DNA of 64,000 nt, taken from the NCBI GenBank assembly GCA_963833225.1, contig CAWHXD010000019.1:480001-544000 (forward strand), read 5' to 3'. The stretch is from an uncultured Chloroflexia bacterium (GTDB lineage: Bacteria > Chloroflexota > Limnocylindria > Limnocylindrales > CSP1-4). Shown here in pieces: positions 42,987-55,742 of this stretch. The notes beneath the pieces are model-generated. The model was not told where the DNA came from. It saw only the letters and a program-made list of their open reading frames with translations, and did not search any database. Position numbers and translations under genes: made by a program. Numbering within the stretch: the first letter of the stretch is position 1; each line of letters opens with the position of its first letter.

Positions 42987-43664
42987 ATGGTCGAGTTCAT
43001 CTTCATGCTCACCTGGCACGACGCGACCGTCCCGGACGCCCTCGCCGTCTATGACGAGATCCGGTCGCTTCCGTTCAAGTACGTGGGGTTCAAGGACATC
43101 GGGCAGCCGACACCCGTGCTGCGCCGACTGGCCGAGGAGATGCATGCCGACGGCCGGGTGGCGATGCTCGAGGTCGTCTCGGAGCACGTCGATGCGGAGC
43201 TCAGGAGCATCGCGGCCGCGCGGGAGATCGGCGTGGACTGGGTCCTCGGTGGGACGCACGCGGTGGAGGCGCTGCCGCTCCTCGACGGCTCGGGACTCCG
43301 GTACTGTCCCTTTCCCGGGACGGTCGTCGGCCACCCGAGCGTCCTGACCGGGACGATCGAGGGGATCGCCGAGAGCGCCCGATCGCTCGGCGCCCTGCCC
43401 GGCGTGCACGGCCTCGACCTGCTGGCGTACCGGTTCGGAGGCGATGTCGAGCGCCTCATCAAGGAGGTCGTCGCCGCCTCCGCCGGCCCGGTCATCGCCG
43501 CCGGCAGCATCGACACGCTCGAGCGGATCCAGGGGCTTGATCGCCTCGGCGCCTGGGCCTTCACCGTGGGCAGTGCGATCTTCGAGAACCGGTTCCCGGC
43601 CGCTCACAACGTCCGAGCGCAGACGGAGTACGTCCTTCGGGCGGCCGGTGGGGGAGCGCCATGA
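42987..43664 (+). CDS. Uncharacterised TIM-barrel protein
   Basis: FIFMLT..D.TV, VGFKDIG, LEVVS, DLLAYR, IAAGSI, FTVGSAIF phosphate-binding-like end. Confidence 0.65.
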   Translation: MVEFIFMLTWHDATVPDALAVYDEIRSLPFKYVGFKDIGQPTPVLRRLAEEMHADGRVAMLEVVSEHVDAELRSIAAAREIGVDWVLGGTHAVEALPLLDGSGLRYCPFPGTVVGHPSVLTGTIEGIAESARSLGALPGVHGLDLLAYRFGGDVERLIKEVVAASAGPVIAAGSIDTLERIQGLDRLGAWAFTVGSAIFENRFPAAHNVRAQTEYVLRAAGGGAP

Positions 43665-44806
43665 GCAGTCCCGCGCCGCTGGTTCCCGTCGAGCCCGACG
43701 ACCGCGCCGATGTCGAAGTGATCGATATCGTGAAGGACTTCGGCGACGTCCGCGCGGTCGACAAGGTCTCCTTCGCGCTCGAGCCCGGGACGTTCTTCGC
43801 CCTGCTGGGGCCGTCCGGCTGCGGCAAGACGACGCTGCTCAGGATGATCGCGGGGCTCGAGGAGCCGTCCACGGGCGACATCCGGATCGGCGGCCGGTCG
43901 GTTACCGACGTCCCCGCCTACCGGCGCCACGTGAACACGGTGTTCCAGCAATACGCGCTGTTCCCCCACATGGATGTCGCGAAGAACGTCGGCTACGGAC
44001 CACGGCAGCAGAAGCGCTCCGCGGCTGACCGCGAGCGCGCCGTCGAGGAGGCCCTCCGGCTCGTGAGGCTGGAGTCGTACGGCCACCGCCGGACGTGGGA
44101 GCTGTCCGGCGGTCAGCAACAGCGGGTCGCCCTGGCCCGGGCCCTGATCAACGAGCCGACGGTGCTTCTCCTCGACGAGCCGCTCGGGGCGCTCGACCTG
44201 AAGTTGCGCCGGGAGATGCAGGTCGAGCTCAAGCGCCTCCAGCGGGAGGTCGGGATCACCTTCATCTTCGTCACCCACGACCAGAACGAGGCCCTGTCGA
44301 TGGCGGACCGGATCGCCGTCATGCGCGGCGGCCGGGTGTTGCAGGACGCCTCGCCGTCCACGGTGTACGAGGCGCCTGTCGATCGGTGGGTCGCGACCTT
44401 CGTGGGCCGCATGAACTTCTTCGCGGCGACGGTCGTCGAGCGGGATGCGCAGCGCGCGGACGGATGGATCGTCCGGACGGACCGCGGCCTCGTGGTCCCG
44501 GCCAGCAGCGGCTCGGACGGTCTTGCCGCCGGCAGCGCCACGACGCTCGCCATCCGCCCCGAACGCGTCAACGTCCGCATCCCGGACCCCGGCCAGCCTT
44601 CGGGGCAGCCGGCGACCATCGCCTCCACCGCCTACCTCGGCGACCAGATTGAGCTCACCCTGGATTGCCCGGTTCTCGGCGAGGTCCTTGCCAGCATCCC
44701 CAACGACGGACGGCTCCCCGCCGGCTCCGCGAACCCCGGAGAGGAGGTGGTGATCGACTGGCTGTCGGAATCGGCGCGTCTCGTGGTCGACGGATCAATG
44801 AATTGA
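43661..44806 (+). CDS. PotA-like ABC ATPase
   Basis: GPSGCGKTT, VNTVFQQYALFPH, LSGGQQQRVALARAL, TOBE tail. Confidence 0.92.
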   Translation: MSSPAPLVPVEPDDRADVEVIDIVKDFGDVRAVDKVSFALEPGTFFALLGPSGCGKTTLLRMIAGLEEPSTGDIRIGGRSVTDVPAYRRHVNTVFQQYALFPHMDVAKNVGYGPRQQKRSAADRERAVEEALRLVRLESYGHRRTWELSGGQQQRVALARALINEPTVLLLDEPLGALDLKLRREMQVELKRLQREVGITFIFVTHDQNEALSMADRIAVMRGGRVLQDASPSTVYEAPVDRWVATFVGRMNFFAATVVERDAQRADGWIVRTDRGLVVPASSGSDGLAAGSATTLAIRPERVNVRIPDPGQPSGQPATIASTAYLGDQIELTLDCPVLGEVLASIPNDGRLPAGSANPGEEVVIDWLSESARLVVDGSMN

Positions 44807-44836
44807 CCCACCCTGATCCACGGCAAGCACGGAGGA

Positions 44837-46054
44837 GTGAAGTCGATGACTCGTAGCGAACCTGGTCGGAGCCCCGCCGCCGGGGCGACCAACGCCCTTG
44901 ACCAACTGATCTTCGAACGGCGCATCAGCCGACGGCAGTTCCTGGGTGCCGCGGCCCTGGGATCCGCCTCGCTCGTGCTCGCGGCATGTGCGCCGACCGG
45001 CGCCTCGCAGGCACCAGCGGCCTCCACTGGTGGGACCACCGCTCCGGGCGGCGAGCCGGCCGCCAGCGCGAACCTCGGCGACACGCTCAACCTCGCGACC
45101 TGGCCCGGATACCACGACCCGGCCGATCTCCAGGCGTTCACCGATCTCACCGGGGTCGCCGTGAACATGCAGGTCTACGGCTCGACCGAGGAGATGGAGG
45201 CCAAGATCCGGGCGGGCAACTCCGGGATCGACGTGGTCGTCCCCAGCAACTATGCCGTCGAGGGCTGGGTCAACGATGGCCTGATCATGCCGCTCGACTA
45301 TGCGAAGATTCCGGGCTTCAACCGCGCCGATTGGAGCGACCGGTTCATGGACCAGTCGTTTGATCCCGGCAACAAGTTCACGATCCCCAAGAACTGGGGG
45401 ACCACGGGCATCGCCTACCGGTCCGTGAAGGTCAGCGAGGACATCACCTCGTGGAAGCAGTTCTTCGACCTCGCCGGTACCACGTACGCGGGGCGAGCCG
45501 TCATCGTGGACCACCAGATCTCGTCGATCGGCTCGGCAGCGGTGGCCATGGGTTACAGCCTCAACGCGAGCGCCCCGGATGAGCTGGCGGCGATCGAGAA
45601 GATGCTCACGGACCTCAAGCCCAAGCTGTACGCGATCACCAGCGACGTCCAGCCACCACTCCGGAACCTCGACTCGCTGCTGTCGATCGCCTGGACCGGC
45701 GACGGGCTACAGGTCAATCGCGACAACCCGGATGGCCGGTACGTCGTGGCCTCCGACGGCGGCGAGCTTTGGATCGACTCGTACTCGGTCGCCGCAGATG
45801 CGCCGCACAAGGACGCCGCGTACGCGTTCCTCGACTTCATCCTTAAGCCCGAGATCGCCGCCAAGGAGACGGCGTTCTGCCTCTATCCCCACGCGAACAA
45901 CAAGGCGACCGCGCTGCTCCCGGCCGAGGTCCGCGACAACCCGATCATCTACCCGTCACCGGACCAGCTGACCAAGCTCGAATACGCTTCGAGCGCGACC
46001 TACAACAGCCCCGAGCGCGCCGAAATGTGGGCGCGCATCAAGGCCTCGTCCTAG
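44837..46054 (+). CDS. PotD/PotF-like substrate-binding Tat lipoprotein
   Basis: SRRQFLG, LAAC, DVVVPSNY, FDPGNKFTIP..WGTTGIAY, AWTGD. Confidence 0.9.
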   Translation: MKSMTRSEPGRSPAAGATNALDQLIFERRISRRQFLGAAALGSASLVLAACAPTGASQAPAASTGGTTAPGGEPAASANLGDTLNLATWPGYHDPADLQAFTDLTGVAVNMQVYGSTEEMEAKIRAGNSGIDVVVPSNYAVEGWVNDGLIMPLDYAKIPGFNRADWSDRFMDQSFDPGNKFTIPKNWGTTGIAYRSVKVSEDITSWKQFFDLAGTTYAGRAVIVDHQISSIGSAAVAMGYSLNASAPDELAAIEKMLTDLKPKLYAITSDVQPPLRNLDSLLSIAWTGDGLQVNRDNPDGRYVVASDGGELWIDSYSVAADAPHKDAAYAFLDFILKPEIAAKETAFCLYPHANNKATALLPAEVRDNPIIYPSPDQLTKLEYASSATYNSPERAEMWARIKASS

Positions 46055-46057
46055 CCG

Positions 46058-46948
46058 ATGCAGGCGGAGCTCGCCGCCCGGTCGCGGCAACGGGGAGCCA
46101 GGGGGCGGCAGCGCGTGCTCGCCCTCCTGCTCTTCCCGTCCGCCCTGTGGTACGCGCTGTTCCTCCTCGCGCCGCTCGTCGTCCTGGCGGTCGTCTCGTT
46201 CGGCGTCAGGTCGCCGAATGGCGGCTATCAGCCGGCCTTCTCATTCGACCAGTACTTCCACCTCGCGACCAGGCTGACCCCGATCGTCAACACGGTCGTG
46301 CTCGGCTTCGCGGGCACGGCCGGATGCCTGCTGGTCGCGTATCCGCTCGCCTACGCCGTCACCTCTCGGGGTGGCTCCTGGAAGACGGTCCTCATGGCGC
46401 TCATCGTGATTCCCATGTGGACCAGCTTCCTGATCCGGACCTACGCTTGGATGTTCATCCTTGGTTCGAACGGGATCCCGAAGCTCCTCGGATACCTCGG
46501 CTTCGGTGACATCCAGCTCCTCAACACCCCGTTTGCCGTGGTCCTTGGCATCGTCTACAACTACCTGCCGCTGATGGCTCTTCCCATCTACGTCAGTCTC
46601 GAGCGGCTTGACCGGTCGCTTCCCGAAGCTTCCCGCGACCTTGGCGCCGGCTCGTTGGCCACCTTCCGGCAGGTGACCTTCCCGCTGTCGGCTCCGGGCG
46701 TGATCAGCGGCTGCCTGCTCGTGTTCATCCCCGCCATGGGCGAGTACCTCATTCCCGTTCTCCTCGGGGGCGGCAAGACCTACTTCCTCGGCAACGCCCT
46801 GGCGGACCTCTTCCTCCAGTCGCGGGACTGGCCGTTCGGATCGGCCCTCGCGACTGCCTTCGTCCTGGTGATGGTCGTCGTGGTTGCGCTGTACACGTGG
46901 GCGACCCGTCGGCTGTCCAGTCCGGGCCGGGAGGGCGGGCTCCTGTGA
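46058..46948 (+). CDS. PotB-like permease
   Basis: PMWTSFLIRTYAW, YNYLPLM.LPIY.SLE, EASRDLGA. Confidence 0.92.
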   Translation: MQAELAARSRQRGARGRQRVLALLLFPSALWYALFLLAPLVVLAVVSFGVRSPNGGYQPAFSFDQYFHLATRLTPIVNTVVLGFAGTAGCLLVAYPLAYAVTSRGGSWKTVLMALIVIPMWTSFLIRTYAWMFILGSNGIPKLLGYLGFGDIQLLNTPFAVVLGIVYNYLPLMALPIYVSLERLDRSLPEASRDLGAGSLATFRQVTFPLSAPGVISGCLLVFIPAMGEYLIPVLLGGGKTYFLGNALADLFLQSRDWPFGSALATAFVLVMVVVVALYTWATRRLSSPGREGGLL

Positions 46949-47913
46949 GCCGCGCCCCGACGCGCCGTCTCCTCGCCGGACTGTCCGGGGATCGCTTCTG
47001 GACGATCGCCGAGCGACTGGGTGACCGGCTCCTCCGGTCCTACGCGGGCATGGTCTACGTGTTCCTGTTCGCGCCGATCGCCGTGGTCGTGATCTTCAGC
47101 TTCAACTCCGGGCGGAGCGCCACCGATCTGGTCGGGTTCTCGACCCGCTGGTTCATCACCGCATGGAGCGACCAGTTCGTGCTCAGGGCGCTCAAGAACA
47201 GCCTCGTCATCGCCACCAGTTCCGCCGTGCTCGCGACGGTCGGCGGCACGCTCGCGGCACTCGCCATGCCGGCCGTCGGTCGGCGGACGCGCGGCGTGTT
47301 CGAGCAGCTCACCTACGTCGCCATCATCGTCCCCAGCATCGTGATCGGGATCGCCACCCTGATCTTCCTGGTCACGGTATTTGGCTGGCTCAACGCGTGG
47401 CTTGCCTACCTCGTCCCCGCGCACCCCCCGCGGCTCGGCCTGGGCGTGCACAGCATCATCGGCGCCCATACCCTATTCGCCATGGCCCTCGTCAACGTCC
47501 TCGTAAGGACACGCATGCGATCAATGGACCGGACGCTGACCGAGGCCTCCGAGGACCTGTACGCGACCCCCTGGCGGACCTTCGTGGAGATCACGCTGCC
47601 GCAGCTCCTGCCTGCGATCCTCGCAGGGTCCCTGCTGGCATTCACCTTCAGCTTCGACGACTTCATCATCGCGTTCTTCACCAGCGGCCAGGACCAGACG
47701 CTCCCGATCTTCCTGTTCTCGTCCATCCGACGCGGCGTGACACCGGAGGTGAACGCGATCGCCTCGTCGCTCCTCGTCGTGACGATCTCCCTGCTGCTGG
47801 TTGCCGGGCTGCTCCTCCGCGGCCGCAGTCGGAAAGCCCCCGAAGACACCCCGGACGCGGTGGAATCATCCAGCGACGCGGGGTCCGACCGCCCGGGATC
47901 CGCCGCGCCGTGA
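46945..47913 (+). CDS. PotC-like permease
   Basis: FSFN, EASEDL.A, FTFSFDDF, PEVNAI. Confidence 0.92.
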   Translation: MSRAPTRRLLAGLSGDRFWTIAERLGDRLLRSYAGMVYVFLFAPIAVVVIFSFNSGRSATDLVGFSTRWFITAWSDQFVLRALKNSLVIATSSAVLATVGGTLAALAMPAVGRRTRGVFEQLTYVAIIVPSIVIGIATLIFLVTVFGWLNAWLAYLVPAHPPRLGLGVHSIIGAHTLFAMALVNVLVRTRMRSMDRTLTEASEDLYATPWRTFVEITLPQLLPAILAGSLLAFTFSFDDFIIAFFTSGQDQTLPIFLFSSIRRGVTPEVNAIASSLLVVTISLLLVAGLLLRGRSRKAPEDTPDAVESSSDAGSDRPGSAAP

Positions 47914-48674
47914 CCGCTGCGCCCCTTCCGCGTCGGCGTCCCCTCCAGGCGGATATCGTCCGCGACGGCCTCCGCCGGGCGATCCTGGCAGGCGAGTTCC
48001 CAACCCGCTCGATCCTCCCCAACGAAGCGCAGCTGGGCGATCGGTTCACGGTCAGTCGAGCGACAATCCGTGAGGCGGTGCGCGGCCTGGTCGAAGAGGG
48101 CTACCTCGTGCGGCGCCAAGGGTCGGGCACCTACGTCACCGAGCGGCCGCTCCTCCGCAACTCGCTCGACGTCAACTTCAGCTACACCGCGTATCTCGAG
48201 AGCCTGGGCATCCGCGCCACCCGTCTCGTCCTCGGCATCTCACGGCGTGCGGCTGGACAGGCGGTCGCCGAGCAGCTGCGGCTCCCGGTGAACGAGGCGG
48301 TGGTCGAGGTCCGCCGCGTCCGGACCGCAGACGATCGCCCGGCGATCTACTCCATCGACGTGCTCCCCCAGGACGTCGTCGCCGACGCGGGCGACGAGGT
48401 CTTCGGAGGATCGCTCTATGCCTTCCTCGACCGAGTCGGCCACCGGGTCGCCCACGGCGAGGCAATCCTCGCCCCGGCCCAGGCTGACGAGGGGCTCGCG
48501 CGCGTCCTCGACGTCGCCCCGGGAACGCTCCTCCTCCACGTGGAGCAGGTGGACGTGGACGTGACCGGGAGGAGGGTGATGCTCTCGCGGGAGTGGCATG
48601 TGCCGTCTGTCATCGAGCTTCGCTGCTTCCGCCGCGGTCCGGGTTCCTCGGTCGCCAACGATCTCGGGGGATAG
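47910..48674 (+). CDS. GntR/HutC-family regulator with UTRA domain
   Basis: LPNEAQL..RF.VSRATIREA...L..EG...RRQGSGTYV. Confidence 0.92.
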   Translation: MTAAPLPRRRPLQADIVRDGLRRAILAGEFPTRSILPNEAQLGDRFTVSRATIREAVRGLVEEGYLVRRQGSGTYVTERPLLRNSLDVNFSYTAYLESLGIRATRLVLGISRRAAGQAVAEQLRLPVNEAVVEVRRVRTADDRPAIYSIDVLPQDVVADAGDEVFGGSLYAFLDRVGHRVAHGEAILAPAQADEGLARVLDVAPGTLLLHVEQVDVDVTGRRVMLSREWHVPSVIELRCFRRGPGSSVANDLGG

Positions 48675-49490
48675 TCACCCCGCCAGCAGGGGTCGAACGA
48701 AGGCGGCGGCCTGCCGCACCCCCTCCTCCGCGGGCTGGTAGGGATCCTCCTTCTCGATGCTCAGGATGCCGCCGTAGCCCACGGCTTTCAAGCCCGCGAC
48801 GAACGCCGCCCAGAACTCCGCACCGTGCCCGACGCCGACGGTCCGAAGTTCCACGCCCGCTCGTCCGGGTGCTCGAACGAACGTCCGTCCAGGACGCCGG
48901 CCAGGGCGACACCTGGTCGGGGACGAGCTGGGTGTCCTTGAGGTGGACGTGGTAGACCGCGTCGCCGAGTGCCCGGATGACCGCCAGCGGGTCCATCTGC
49001 TGCCAGAACAGGTGGGACGGATCGAGATTGGCGCCGATGATCGGCCCGACCTCCTCGCAAATCCGCAGCAGCGTCGGGACGTTGTACACGAGGTGGAGCG
49101 GGTGCAGCTCGAAGGCGATCCTGGTGACGCCGGCGTCCTGGGCGCGGCGCGCGATCCGTCGCCACAGGGTGCTGGCCTCGTCCCACTGGCGCTCGCGCAA
49201 CGCGACGGCGTCAGCGGGCCACGGGTACCAGACCCAGCTGATCGTGCTCGACCCGGGGCCGTCACCCGGGCACCCGGACATGGTGACGATCGTCGAGACG
49301 CCGATCCGGGCCGCAAGCTCGATCGTCGACAGGATGATCGCCTCGTGCGCCTTGTCGTGTTTGGGATGCATGACCCAGGACGAGCAGTTCAGGGCCTCGA
49401 TCCGGAGGGCTCGCGACTTGAAGGCCCGCAGGAATGTGTCCATGGCGCGAGAATCCGCGAGCAGATGGTCAATCTGCAGGTGAGGTATCG
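48675..49490 (-). pseudogene. Sugar phosphate isomerase/epimerase, N-truncated with frameshifts near 48900 and 48840
   Basis: TMSGCPG, AFELHP, GANLDPSHLFWQ, HVHLKD, W.FRTVGVGH, LSIE.ED spread across frames. Confidence 0.75.
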
Positions 49491-49711
49491 ACGAGGTCCA
49501 CGTCGGGAAGTTCCAGGAGCCCGGCGTAATCTCGGAAGGCTCCGCTCTCGGCCAATCCAGTGAGCGCACGCGCCTCGGCGAGGCGTTCAGGCACGAGGTC
49601 AGCAACGGCGACCACCCGGATGCGATCAGATCGCTGGTGATTGGCCGGCAGGTGGGAGTGGATTGCCGCATTGCCGCACCCGATCACCCCGACGCCGATC
49701 GTTCGCCTCAC
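49469..49711 (-). pseudogene. N-terminal fragment of a Gfo/Idh/MocA oxidoreductase
   Basis: VGVIGCG...HLP...VVAVAD...LLE.PDVDLV then stops. Confidence 0.75.
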
Positions 49712-50236
49712 GCCAGCTCCCTCCGGTTCGCCTCCTCAGCGAGGCCGTTGCCGATCGTTCGACGTGGGATCCGGTCCCGCGCTGGCCCCCCGCATCCACC
49801 CTGCGGATGAACCCGATCAGCCCCTCGAACCAGGTCTGCTCGTCATCCCACATCGCCATGTGGCTCCCGTTCGGGCACAGCAGGAACTCGCCCCGCGGAA
49901 CCGCCCGGCCATCATCTCCATGAACGCCGGGTCCATCGTGTCGTGGGTCGCGCCGATGACCAGCGTGGGCACGGTGATCGACCCCAGGTCCTCCGTCCGG
50001 TCCCACTCGACCAGGCGCCCGGAGAGCCCGAGCTCGCTCGGACCCTGCATCAGGACGCAGACCGCCTGGTTGATGTGCTCGAACGTGCGGTTCACGGCAT
50101 CCGGCCACGTCTCGGGTGGCATCCGCAGGACGTGGTGGACGTAGTGCTGCTCCATCAGCAGCTCCATGTACCGCGGGTCCTCGGTCCCGTCGACGGCCTC
50201 GAGCCGCCTGGCCTCGGCCAGCGCGGCCGGGTCCAC
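49708..50236 (-). pseudogene. C-terminal fragment of a proline iminopeptidase-family hydrolase (frameshift near 49890)
   Basis: MQGPSELG, WDR, VPTLVIGATHDTMDP, CPNGSHMAMWDD; the nucleophile-bearing N-half is absent. Confidence 0.75.
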
Positions 50237-50468
50237 ACGCGAAACTCGCCCTTGGGAGTCTGGATCGGGATCATCATCGTTCGTCGTTGGTCACGTCGGC
50301 TGCGCTCCTCGGGCTGGGTTCAGGTGACCGGGGGATCGTACGCCCCGGTCACGTTCTACCACGACCCTGTGCGTGGAGCGTGATCCTGCATCAACCCGCG
50401 GGCGACGCACCGGCAGCCTGACGGACCCGCGGACTGGCGGACTCCTCGCGTAGCCGACCTTCGGTGAC

Positions 50469-52448
<1,980 letters not shown>

Positions 52449-52505
52449 CTGCGGGTCCCCATCGAGTGGCCGGATCCGTCCGGGCTGTGAGCGGCGGCAA
52501 CGGTA

Positions 52506-52736
52506 TCAGTTGAGGTCCCGATCCTCGTGGACAGGGCGCCCGAGGCGATCGGCAGCGTCCGGGAGCCGGCCGCCGTGGATCACCACGATGGGCGCCTCAC
52601 CGCCCGCGTCCGAACGGGGATCGCCCGCGAGCACGGGGAGATCCGCCGGCCCGCCCGGCTCCAGCACCTCGCCCAGCGGCTGGTCGCCACCCGGCAGGAT
52701 CGTGACCCCGGTCAGCAACGTGTATTCGTGAATCAC
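52506..52736 (-). CDS. Mini amidohydrolase-like protein, internally deleted copy (possibly a pseudogene)
   Basis: Paralog of 55743-56048 lacking 41 codons in frame; TAGCCT -10 is 7 nt before GTG. Confidence 0.55.
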   Translation of the reverse strand: MIHEYTLLTGVTILPGGDQPLGEVLEPGGPADLPVLAGDPRSDAGGEAPIVVIHGGRLPDAADRLGRPVHEDRDLN

Positions 52737-52761
52737 GCAGGACAGGCTACGCCGTCGCGCG
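52618..52761. repeat. Direct repeat copy A (partner 55807-56073)
   Basis: 52618-52680 matches 55807-55869; 52681-52761 matches 55993-56073, with an identical 21-mer GACAGGCTACGCCGTCGCGCG. Confidence 0.9.
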
Positions 52762-52768
52762 CCCGCAA

Positions 52769-52840
52769 GCTCGCCGCGCGCTCGCTCGCCGCGCGCTCGC
52801 TCGTCGTGCGCTCGCTCGTCGTGCGCTCGCTCGTCGTGCG
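52769..52840. repeat. 15-bp tandem repeat, about 4.8 copies
   Basis: GCTCGCCGCGCGCTC x2 then GCTCGTCGTGCGCTC x2.8. Confidence 0.92.
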
Positions 52841-52873
52841 GGAGGGCCCCCTTACCACCGGTCTATTGCACGG

Positions 52874-55710
52874 TTGGGTTGGTCCTGCGAATCTCGTCGC
52901 GTGCGATTGCTCCCCTGGGCCGGGAGCCCGTGTCCGGGCACCGGTCCATCGCGCCGATTCAGCCTGACGCTGCCCTCCATCGTGGTGGCGTACGTCCTCG
53001 TTGCCGCCGCCTGGATCCTGGTCAGCGACCAGGTTGTCCGCTGGATCTTCGCGGACCCTGACATGCTGACCGCAGCCGCGACGCTCAAGGGCTGGGTCTT
53101 CGTGGCCGTCACCACGGGGCTGCTCGTGATCCTGCTGGCCCGTTACGAGCGCGAGCGCGAGCACCAGCGGGCCGCGCTTGCCGAGCGGGAGCGCACCTTC
53201 CGGCTGTTGGCCGAGCGCGCTCGAGACGTGATCTTCCGGTTCCGGGTGGCTCCGGACCTGGGGGTCGAGTACGTGAGTCCCTCGGTTGAGACGGCGCTCG
53301 GGTATCGGCCGGAGATGCTCATGGGCAACCCCGCGTTCGTCGCCAGTCTCATCCACCCCGACGATCCGCCGCTCGTCTCGGCCGACGCGGTAAGCATCCC
53401 GGACGGAGCGCTGGTCGTGGTCAGGCTTCACGCAGCCGACGGTCGATGGGTGCCGTTCGAGGTCAACATAGGCCGCCCGCCCGCGAGCGAGTCGGGCACG
53501 GTTACGGTGGAGGGCGTGGCACGCGACATCTCCGAGCGCCGGCAGGCCGAGGATGAGTTGCTCCGTCTGAACCGGGTGCGGCGGATGATGGCCGAGGTCA
53601 ACCGGAGCCTCGTTCGCGCGACCACCGAGCCGGAGCTGCTCGACGCGATCTGTCGGGCGGTGGTCGACGAGGGGACGTTCCGGTTCGCCTGGGTTGGGCT
53701 GATCGACCCGGAGACTGGGCGGTCGGTGCCCAGGGCTCACGCGGGCCACGAGGCGGGCTACCTGACCGCCGACGCCGGGAACACGGGTCCGCGCAAGCGG
53801 GCTCCGGGGCCGGTCGCCCGCTCCCTTGCGGAGGGCCGTCCGATCACGGTCTCCGACATCGCGTCGGATCCGATGATGGCACCCCGACGCGAGGACGCCC
53901 TCGCCCGTGGCTATGCATCCATGGCCTCCCTGCCGCTCATCGGTCGTGCCGGCCTGCTGGGCACGATGGCGATCTACGCGAGCGAGCCGAATGCATTCGA
54001 GCTGCGGGATGTCGAATTGCTGCGCGAGCTCGCAGCGGATCTCGCGTTCGGGATCGAGACGCTGCGCGACCGCGGGGCCCACGAGGCGGGCGCGGCGCTG
54101 CGCCGGCGCCTGGCGACGGCGGTCGAGCAGTCCCACGAGTCGATCGTCATCACGGACGCGGACGCCCGGATCCAGTACGTCAACCCCAACTTCGAGCGCC
54201 TCACCGGATACGCGAGCCAGGACGTGCTCGGCAAGAACCCGAGGATCCTGCAGAGCGGCGTCCAGTCGGAGGCCTTCTATGCCTCGATGTGGGAGTCGCT
54301 CCGGGCGGGTCGGCCGTGGGTTGGCGATCTCGTAAACCGGCTCCGCAACGGCGACCTGTACATCGAGGAGGCCGTGATCTCGCCCGTGCACGACGAGGCG
54401 GGGATGATCACCGGTTACGTCGCGGTGCAACGCGACGTCACGGACGAGCGCGCGACCGAGGAGCGCGCGCAGACCCAGGCACGGGAGCGAGCGCTGATCG
54501 CGGACGCGCTCGCGGCCCTCGGGCCCGAAGACACCGCCGAGCAGACGGCGGCCGCGATCTGTCGGCAGCTGGCCCGAATGCCCGAGGTGTCCGTCTCCTG
54601 GTTGCTGGCGTTCGATCCCTCCGGGGGAGCTCGGGTCCTGGCCGGCATCGAACGGGACGGCCACGTCTGGGCAGCAAGACTGCCCCGCGAGGAGCAGGCG
54701 GCACACCTGTTGGAGAGCGCCGCGCTGGGCCCGTGGGTGGAGCCGTGGCCGACGGACGGAGGCCCGCTGGCGCGGGACCCGGACGCTGATCTCCCGCCTA
54801 TCCGCCACGCCGCCTACGCCCCGATCCGCGTGGAGGGCGAGGTGGTTGGACTGCTCGGGATCGGAACGGCCGACGGCAGCGGCGGTTCATCGCTGACCGA
54901 GCGCCTGCCCGCCCTTGCCGAGTTCGCCGGGATCGCGGGAGTCGTGCTCGGCCCGTCGCTCTCCCATCGGACTGCGGGCGCCGCTTCCCTCGCACGGATT
55001 CGCTCCGTGCTCGACACCGGGGCGTTCCTCCCGGTGTTCCAGCCGATCGTCGATATCGTCCGCGGCGAGGTCCTGGGGGTCGAGGCCCTCACCCGCTTCG
55101 CCGACGGAACGCCTCCGGACCTGGCGTTCCTCGAAGCCGCGCGAGCGGGCCTCGGTCTCGAGCTGGAGCTTGCGACGGCAACGGCGGCCCTAGCCGCCGC
55201 GCGCGACCTGCCGCCCGGATCCAGCTCAGCGTGAACGTGTCGCCCACGCTGGTCATTGCCGACGGCGCCATCGGCAGCCTGCTGCGGACGGCGGCCCGGG
55301 AGCGGCCGATCCTGCTCGAAGTCACCGAGCACGAAGAGATCGGGGACTACGCGGCGTTCAGGGGCGCGGTCGCCGCACTCGGCCCGGGCGTCCACCTTGC
55401 CGTGGACGATGCCGGCGCCGGGTTCGCCAGCATGCGCCACATCCTGGAGTTGCGACCCAGCCTTGTGAAGGTGGACCGATCGCTGATCGCCGGCATCGAT
55501 CGCGACTCGGCCCGCCAGGCTCTCCTTGTGGGGTTCCAGCACCTCACCCGATCCATCGGCTGCGAGCTCCTCGCCGAGGGGATCGAGACGGAGGGCGAGC
55601 TCGAATCGCTCCGCTCGGCCGGACTCACGCTAGGGCAGGGCTACCTGCTCGGCCGTCCGGCCCCGATCGCAGAGGTGCGGCTGGATCCGCTCGTCGGCCG
55701 CGGGGGGTAG
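52874..55710 (+). CDS. Membrane PAS-GAF-PAS-GAF-EAL c-di-GMP phosphodiesterase (start uncertain; frameshift near 55217)
   Basis: 2 TM, PAS and GAF motifs, FQPIV...VEALTRF, then NVSP, LEVTE, AVDDAGAG, KVD, AEGIET, GQGYL. Confidence 0.87.
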
Positions 55711-55742
55711 TGCTGCACCGGCCAGCGCGGGGCTCCGGGCCG

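Noticed and set aside
52769-52840. Tandem repeat as a mini-CRISPR
   Set aside because: The units are contiguous with no spacers, and there are no cas genes.
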